Source: a virus (Duplodnaviria > Heunggongvirae > Uroviricota > Caudoviricetes). From it: a DNA stretch of 37,520 nucleotides. Within the stretch, counting starts at the first letter, position 1, and each line of letters starts with the position of its first letter. Location: the IMG/VR virus record IMGVR_UViG_2541047896_000017; one strand, given 5' to 3'. Of the stretch, positions 29,756 through 37,520 are shown piece by piece. The notes below the pieces were generated by a model. It saw only the letters and a list, made by a program, of their open reading frames with translations. It ran no database searches and was not told the origin of the DNA. The translations under genes were made by a program, and so were the position numbers.

Positions 29756-30939
29756 CAGGCACCTCCCAGCACCGCAAATGCGGGACCAAAGAATTCATCA
29801 GTAAACGACTGGTAAAGCTCCATGTCTTCCAGCGGAGGAACGGGCGTATATTTGTAGCGAATACGCACACGCCCCTGACGTAAATTCGTGGTGCTGTTAT
29901 CCACGATGTCATACCAGCACTCCGCGCCAATCAGTTTCCCGGCAGTAACCAGTGAATCCAGTTTTGCCCTGATGGCACTGATAACATCCTTCACGTTCGC
30001 AGGCGTCAGTGGACTGTCGATGGTTTCAAACTGCGCTTCCGCAATTGAATCAGCCAGCACCTGTGCAGTTCGGGTATACACCTCAAAGATGTAGGCGTTC
30101 GTTTCCGGTGTGCGGTTGCCCCAGAAGCGGAACCCGTTGCGACGAATAATGGTCGTGATTTCTTTGTTGTTGAGGCTGTTGGCATCGCTGTCTTCGGCCT
30201 GCAACGACCAGAACACATGCCTGGACATCCCCAGCACATTTTTAACCGGAACATTGGACAGTGATTTGTGCCATCCCTGCTCATGGTCAATGTACGCACG
30301 AAGGCCGCACGCATAGGCAGGCGCGGGGAACGTTTCGTTTTTGCCACTTTTCGGGTTGTAGGCGATGAAGTCCGGCCATAAGAGCATCACCTCACGTTCA
30401 TTGAATTTCTGGCGGTAGGTAATCGCCTCAGCCATCGTGTTACAGCCGTGACATGAGGCATACACAAACGCGCGCAGTTTACCCGCAATCACGCACAGGG
30501 ATTTTGTTACCGCCTCCGTGTCCAGCTCCGGCGCGGCCAGAATACGCGGACGGTATCCGATGCTTTCATCCTGCTCTGCAACAAGCAGCGCATACATCCC
30601 CGTATAGCTGCCGTCAGATTCAGAACCACCGATAACCAGTTGATCCTGCGTTTTTCCGTCTTCTTCTTTGTGTTCAGCCACGCGAACGACGATCACCTTT
30701 GTGCTCACCTGGTCTGCGATGGCCTTAAGCGCACGATAAAGCGTCCCCGTTGTTCCGCATTTTCCCAGCACGTCATTGACGCGGGTCAGCAGTGTGGGCT
30801 TGTTCAGCGGGAACAGCTCCGCGTCCGCATCATCCGCCATTGCCACGATACCGATAACACTGGAATCAACATCATTAATCGCTGTTACCAGGTCGGTACT
30901 TTCCGTAACACGGGCACCATGAAAACGAGTTTCACTCAT
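29755..30939 (-). CDS. FI: Contractile tail sheath protein, P2 FI-like
   Basis: 394 aa; DADAELFPLNKP, KLRAFVYAS, DHEQGWHKSLSNV, LIRRNGFRFWGNRT, YTRTAQVLAD, YTPVPPLE align with recalled P2 FI. Confidence 0.9.
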   Translation of the reverse strand: MSETRFHGARVTESTDLVTAINDVDSSVIGIVAMADDADAELFPLNKPTLLTRVNDVLGKCGTTGTLYRALKAIADQVSTKVIVVRVAEHKEEDGKTQDQLVIGGSESDGSYTGMYALLVAEQDESIGYRPRILAAPELDTEAVTKSLCVIAGKLRAFVYASCHGCNTMAEAITYRQKFNEREVMLLWPDFIAYNPKSGKNETFPAPAYACGLRAYIDHEQGWHKSLSNVPVKNVLGMSRHVFWSLQAEDSDANSLNNKEITTIIRRNGFRFWGNRTPETNAYIFEVYTRTAQVLADSIAEAQFETIDSPLTPANVKDVISAIRAKLDSLVTAGKLIGAECWYDIVDNSTTNLRQGRVRIRYKYTPVPPLEDMELYQSFTDEFFGPAFAVLGGA

Positions 30940-31096
30940 AGCTTCAGCCCCTTGTATCCGTTAAATGATTCGGCAACAATCATCACCCACCACGCGCGTA
31001 ATCTCACCCCTGCGCCGTTCTCCCGACCCGGCGACAACAAAAAGCAGTAACCCCCTCTGCACGCACATGCGACCATGCCGCACAGGGAGGGAACAG
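30940..31096. promoter_or_regulatory. Divergent intergenic region upstream of FI (minus) and D (plus); presumed late promoter(s)
   Basis: Position only; no motif confirmed. Confidence 0.35.
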
Positions 31097-32206
31097 ATGA
31101 CCGACACCACCATGCAATTGCTCAGTCAGGGCACAGACCCCGTGAAAATGCCAGATTTTGATATTCTCGCGGAGGGGAAAACGCTGTCAGGCGTGGCAGA
31201 GCGCCTGATGAGCCTGTCACTGACCGACAACCGGGGATTTGAGGCGGACCAGCTCACCATCACGCTGGATGATGCGGATGGTCAGTTGCAGCTACCGCCA
31301 CGGGGCGCGCGCCTGACGGTTCTCATTGGCTGGAAAGGAGAACCGCTGACAGAAAAAGGCACTTACATTGTTGATGAAATTGCTCATGAAGGACCGCCCG
31401 ACAGACTGACCATTTCAGCCAGAAGCGCAGATTTTCGGGATGAATTTAACGTCAAGCGCGAAGTATCCTGGCATGATGTGACCGTTGAACGCGTGGTGTC
31501 TGCAATTGCTCACCGATACGGCCTGAAACCGCAAATCAGCGAAATGCTGATGGATATTGAAATCGACCACGCTGACCAGACCGAAGAAAGCGACATGTCC
31601 TTCCTTACACGCATGGCGGAAATGCTGGGCGCAATCACCACGGTAAAAAGCGGTAATCTGTTATTCATTATGCCCGGTGGTGGCGTGAACGCACAGGGCC
31701 AGCCGTTGCCATCGTTCGCCATCACACGCAGCAGCGGCGATCGCCATCAGTTCCGCATTGCTGACCGCGAGGCGTATACGGGGGTACGCGCTTACTGGCT
31801 TGATCTTAATTACGGGAAAAAGAAAAAAGTCAGCGTGAAACGCCGTAAACCGCCAAAACCGAAAAAAGAGAAAAGCAGCAGCCGTGAAGGTGATTATATG
31901 GAAGGCGCGGAAGGCAATGTGTTTGTGTTACGCAAGACTTATCAGAACGAGCAGGCAGCAAGACGCGCAGCGGCGGCAAAGTGGCAACAACTACAACGCG
32001 GAGCCGCATCATTCTCCATCACGCTGGCACGTGGACGAGCAGAACTCTACCCCGAAATGCATGGCACGGTAACAGGCTTTAAAAGCGAGATTGATAATCA
32101 GGACTGGATTATTGCGAAAGCCGAGCACACCATTGATAACAGCGGCTTTACCACGCAGCTTGAGCTTGAGGCAAAAATCCCGGAATGGATAGCGGAAACA
32201 GAGTGA
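31097..32206 (+). CDS. D: Late control/tail protein D
   Basis: ATG 31097 with RBS gggaggg; about 369 aa (P2 D about 387); position before ogr. Confidence 0.8.
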   Translation: MTDTTMQLLSQGTDPVKMPDFDILAEGKTLSGVAERLMSLSLTDNRGFEADQLTITLDDADGQLQLPPRGARLTVLIGWKGEPLTEKGTYIVDEIAHEGPPDRLTISARSADFRDEFNVKREVSWHDVTVERVVSAIAHRYGLKPQISEMLMDIEIDHADQTEESDMSFLTRMAEMLGAITTVKSGNLLFIMPGGGVNAQGQPLPSFAITRSSGDRHQFRIADREAYTGVRAYWLDLNYGKKKKVSVKRRKPPKPKKEKSSSREGDYMEGAEGNVFVLRKTYQNEQAARRAAAAKWQQLQRGAASFSITLARGRAELYPEMHGTVTGFKSEIDNQDWIIAKAEHTIDNSGFTTQLELEAKIPEWIAETE

Positions 32207-32251
32207 GCAACTGGGATGCATTAGTTCAGACACGGGCTAGCATGCTTACGT

Positions 32252-32294
32252 ACGGCACAGAAGCAAACCTAATTGGAGTTTTGCTCTGTGCCTT
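32252..32294 (+). terminator. Putative terminator after D
   Basis: Imperfect hairpin GGCACAGAaGCAAA...TTTTGCTCTGTGCC followed by TTTC. Confidence 0.45.
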
Positions 32295-32416
32295 TCACCG
32301 ATTGGCCAAGTGTAACCCGCCTTACACCAAGACGAATTATAATCGGCAACAATGTCAGTAGTTACTATAAATGTTTATAAACAAAGATTTATTTCTCCGA
32401 AGCTACAAGCACTACA

Positions 32417-33010
32417 CTAAATCTCAGCAATCTTTTTTTTACTGTGCTGTTCTATTATCAACTCTGCTTCCGCTTGGTATTCATGAGCTAACTCTCGAAG
32501 AATTCGGGCAAATCGATGAAAGCCTAGAAGTTCCATTGCATCAGACTTAGTGTGATATTGTTGGGCCAACTCCAATTCCGGTTTACCTTCTGGGTCAACA
32601 ATGTAGACACCACGCGAATTTATTATCGCATTCTTATAACCAGTACGCACTTTATCAAGTTCACGTCTATTCAAAAACTCGGCCAGTTCTGGAAGTATCC
32701 AATGCTCGTCATTTGCAGGGCTAAAAATTAATATGCTTCCAATCCTATGATAAGCAAAATCTAAATGGCCTGACTTTTCGCATTCTGTTTGGACAAAATC
32801 AAACCAGTTATTAAACGCATTGACATCAAACTTGCCTTCAGCATCAACACCCGGAATCTTTTTCCAATCATCAAGTAAATAGAGTGAGTTTTTGGCAATA
32901 TTTATTTCACTTTCAGATAGTTCTTTACTTGCTTTTTGAAATTCTGATCGATACGCATATTGAATGACTTCACAAAAAAAACTGGGTTCACTTGCAAGTT
33001 TTTTCTCTAA
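32417..33010 (-). pseudogene. C-terminal fragment (about 197 codons) of the IS5-disrupted large cargo gene
   Basis: Frame open from the IS5 junction to stop at 32417 with no plausible start codon; in frame with the 34206..36408 part once IS5 and one CTAA copy are removed. Confidence 0.75.
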
Positions 33011-34205
<1,195 letters not shown>

Positions 34206-36408
34206 CTAATACTTGAGGATGCAACGAATCATTAGCCCCCCTGTTAATTACAGGTAGGTATGCCCATTCAATCTTTACTAAGTCGTCATCTGAAACAGTG
34301 TTATCATTTTGAATATAATTCACAAGTTCATTAAATGAGTGAATATCAAACCGCTCAATATTTTCTGTGGTTCTAATTGATTGCAATAGAGCAAGCACAA
34401 CCTTACTGCTATCAACTGAATTATCGATATGCAAAATTTTAGATAAACAATCTATTGCCATCAAGGGACGGTCTACTTTAATCAAGCAGTCTATAGCAAA
34501 ATAAATTTCTTCCGTTGAATCACAGCTGTATGCATTAACAAGAGTATTTTTCCAATACTCGAAAGGAAAATCATCAAATGAAGCGTTTAATGCATCCCAT
34601 GTTTCTTTTTTAAACGGTAACAAAAGAAAAAAAGCAATCTTTTCTTGAGCACTCCAGTCATTAATAACTGTCAACACCCATGATTTTCCTTCTCTGTAGT
34701 TTTTAGCCTGTACATAACCAGAAGCAAGAGAATTTTCCTTTTTAATATCACTAACAATAAGTTTTTTCAGTATATCTAAAGGAATTTCTAGATCTTCTGC
34801 GACCAGGCTACTACCAACAAACTCAGGCCTTTCAATAGATAGAGAGAATTCTAAGACTCCATCAATACCATTAATAGCATATATTTCGCATATTGATTGC
34901 CCTCGTTCTTTTGTCAACCTTTCTTCTTGGTCCCGCCAGTTTCCATTTTCATCAAATAGGAAGTAATTGTTTTGTGCAAAAAGTCGCTTGCTATAAAGCA
35001 TAGGATCTTCGGGCTTCAAGACTGTAGAAACATCTTTGATTTTTTCATTTTGTTCTGGTTGCATTGCCCAATAAGCACCTGAGAATCTTTTGTTTTTGTT
35101 ATAAACTTCTAAACATTTTTCCCACACCGCTAACTTCAATTCAGCACTATCTGTTTTTTTAGAAAAATCATACAATAGTTTAATTGCATCATCGAATTTA
35201 AATGGCGCTAAACTACCAATATTTTCAACTAAATCAACAAGTCTTAATGATGATTTACTTGCCAATTCAATTGTTAATTGAGTGTATATTTCAATCTGAG
35301 TACGGCACTCATCACCCGATGGCCTTTTATTAAAACCGTTAGGAATAAAGTTTCTAAAAGTTGGAATATGTGTGCCAGATGTTACTTGCGTGTTGTTGGG
35401 TAGCAACTGAACTAAAACACGCCATGCTGTATCGGGCCACTCCCTTGCCAATGCGTTGAAAGCAGCAATACGTCTATCTATATCAGCTGTAGTATGAGGA
35501 AGCCATGGTAACAATATGTTGATTATCGAGTTAAGTGGCCTGTTAGCCCAATTGCCACCAGGATCATGGCTATCCAGCTCCCCTAATATTACTAAAGAGC
35601 GAGATAAATAGTTAGGCGCCCAAGCTAATCCTTCAATAGCCCATAGCAGTCCTGTCATATAATTCCGACCTGAAATTCCACCGATACCTTCCTGTGCAAA
35701 AAGTGAATCAAATGGCTTGTCTTGGTGAGATGCAGCATTTTCCACTTCGTCGATAAAACAGTCAGGAGCACTTTCCGCAAGCATAACTTGAATATCTTGC
35801 GTACTAGCCCATAATTGCCAGCTAGAAGCCGAAAAAACCTCTTTAACCACACTTGAGGCGCAATATTGCCCTTTATATTTTGAGCAATTAGTAAGTAACT
35901 CTTGCTTTGTTGCAACTAATGCCAACCCTTCGGATAGTCCTTTCCTTATTAATCGGCTGTGTGGTAAAACCTTCCCATAAATTACTGCTGCATAACGCTC
36001 TTCAGGTGCCAGTTCAAATTGTGGGTCGATAGTTTTAAAAACGGATACAACAGTCGTCCGAAACAAATCCAAATGATCATCGAATAATCTTGACGATACC
36101 GTTTGAAATGTTTGTATTCTATCTTTAAAACTCCAAGAACCTCTCTCATGAATCAAAGGACTATCTTGCATCCCTTCAATTATTCTTAATTTTCGAATCC
36201 AACTGTCATATGACTCACCAATAAGGCTTGTAATTATATCAATATCACCATTATTTTTTTCATCCCAGCAACCGACTAAAACAGCAATCGCTAACTCAGT
36301 CGCATAATCAACATTATCACTATTGTATACAATTAAGTTACCAGCAACATTATGGCCTGGTCCGGTATGATTTTGACTAATTGAACTGCAGCTATGAATG
36401 TTATCCAT
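34206..36408 (-). pseudogene. N-terminal part (about 735 codons) of large AT-rich cargo gene, truncated by IS5
   Basis: ORF-track 743 aa ORF whose last 7 codons plus stop come from IS5; start ATG 36408 (RBS gagg) or GTG 36414. Confidence 0.75.
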
Positions 36409-36413
36409 AGACA

Positions 36414-36776
36414 CTACCTCGTAATTTTATTTCCACCAATATTATCACCAGTGCCACTATGGTTTTGAATAATGACAGTTGCTGCATGAGGTTTTATAGA
36501 CGAGAGTATTTTTTGAATTTCACTACTATCCAATAGTTTTCTTTCAATTGCTATTTCACTCATTTCATCGTTCAAAGACAGTTTTTCAAGCTCTTTAGCT
36601 AAAGCAGGGGCTACAGCCTCATCAACAACCCAATTTTTTAACTTTTCTTTTATTGAAGTTGCAGTAATCGAAACATGATGTTTAAGCATGTCATAAACTA
36701 TGCCAGAAAGTATCGCCGAAGATAAAAAATCCATAACAATTTCCTTTAACGTAAGATATTTACTATCCAGATACAT
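36414..36776 (-). CDS. Small protein (120 aa) tightly coupled upstream of the large cargo gene; unknown function
   Basis: Stop TAG overlaps/abuts the large gene start; AT-rich; C-terminal QNHSGTGDNIGGN motif. Confidence 0.6.
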   Translation of the reverse strand: MYLDSKYLTLKEIVMDFLSSAILSGIVYDMLKHHVSITATSIKEKLKNWVVDEAVAPALAKELEKLSLNDEMSEIAIERKLLDSSEIQKILSSIKPHAATVIIQNHSGTGDNIGGNKITR

Positions 36777-36928
36777 TTTAAATCGAAGAAAGAGCTTTTA
36801 CCACGTATATTTATTGGCTAATAACATGATAACTCGACTATCTGCTATTCGCTTAAAACGAAGTGTTAGTTGGAATTATAGCCAGCACGACCTAGAATAA
36901 CATCAGCACTGCGTTAAGGGAGGTCGCT

Positions 36929-37189
36929 ATGTTCCGTTGCCCGCTTTGTGGCGCATCTGCCCGCATCCGTACCAGTCGTCCGGAAAATGATTCAAATACC
37001 GTGCGGCAAAAGTATTACCAGTGTAACAACCTGGAATGCGGTGTATGCTTCTCAACACTGGAAGCTTTCCATAAATTCACATCGAAACACGCCTCCGGCG
37101 TTCACTCTTCAGAAGGTATCCCGTGGCATGAGCTGCCAGCTTCACACAGGGGAAACAATCAGATGAGTTTGCCTTTACCTCAGGATTAA
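36929..37189 (+). CDS. ogr: Late gene transcriptional activator, Ogr/Delta zinc-finger family
   Basis: MFRCPLCGASARIRTSR...YYQCNNLEC resembles recalled P2 Ogr (CPLC...C..C zinc finger); RBS aagggagg. Confidence 0.85.
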   Translation: MFRCPLCGASARIRTSRPENDSNTVRQKYYQCNNLECGVCFSTLEAFHKFTSKHASGVHSSEGIPWHELPASHRGNNQMSLPLPQD

Positions 37190-37379
37190 CAGGCAGAATT
37201 GCCGGAGCAACAAAAAAGCGATAGATTACGCGCGGGTGCCTTTCGGCTGATGGTCGGAGGGAATACCCGAAGGCCAGATGTGGAAAGGCCCCGGAAAACA
37301 TCTCTGTTTAACCGAGGCCCTAACCGCATTACCTTGACAAGTGAAAGGTTAGCGCCTCTCCGGAAAAGGAGCAAGTGCT

Positions 37380-37520
37380 ATGTCGCAAAAATCGCTTACG
37401 GCCATCACGTTCTGCGTGACGGCAATCCTCATCATCTGGATGCTGCACGGTTCGCTGTGCGAAATACGGATGAGCTTCTGGGGAGCGGAGTTTGCGGCGT
37501 TCTTACAGTGTAAGCAGTAA
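37380..37520 (+). CDS. Hok/Gef-family small membrane toxin (46 aa)
   Basis: Translation MSQKSLTAITFCVTAILIIWMLHGSLCEIRMSFWGAEFAAFLQCKQ; SLCEIR and E(F/V)AAF(L/M) match recalled Hok-family motifs; RBS aaggag; overlapped out of frame by ORF 37199..37513 (Mok-like). Confidence 0.7.
   Translation: MSQKSLTAITFCVTAILIIWMLHGSLCEIRMSFWGAEFAAFLQCKQ

Noticed and set aside
37190-37379. P2 attP/attR core adjacent to ogr, and matching direct repeats at both window ends
   Set aside because: I could not find the remembered P2 core or any convincing shared repeat between the two ends, so att sites are left unannotated.
37199-37513. 104-aa ORF as an independent protein-coding gene
   Set aside because: It overlaps the Hok-like ORF out of frame and is better explained as a Mok-like regulatory reading frame; noted in the hok feature evidence instead of being called as a separate CDS.

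Overview
The window is almost entirely a P2-like (Peduovirus-type) temperate phage genome in prophage gene order: int and C repressor (minus strand), an early operon ending in replication gene A, then packaging, head, lysis, tail, baseplate and tail-fibre genes, gene D and ogr. All calls rest on reading the six-frame translations and recalling P2 protein sequences from memory; no database search or computation was possible, and GC statements are by-eye estimates. Six things stand out. (1) An AT-rich two-gene cassette (120 aa plus a large protein of about 930 aa) sits between D and ogr and matches no family I can name; its large gene is split in-frame by an IS5 copy with a CTAA target duplication. 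This is my best candidate for an undescribed accessory or defence system. (2) The integrase carries an in-frame TAG upstream of its catalytic motifs. (3) A ParM/ParR-like partition pair sits between A and the portal gene. (4) A Hok/Mok-like toxin locus ends the window. Points 2 to 4 together suggest the element may be plasmid-maintained, but this is hypothesis only. (5) The tail sheath-tube-tape measure block is inverted relative to canonical P2. (6) Two translationally coupled genes follow int in the lysogenic operon. No tRNA, rRNA or CRISPR array was seen.
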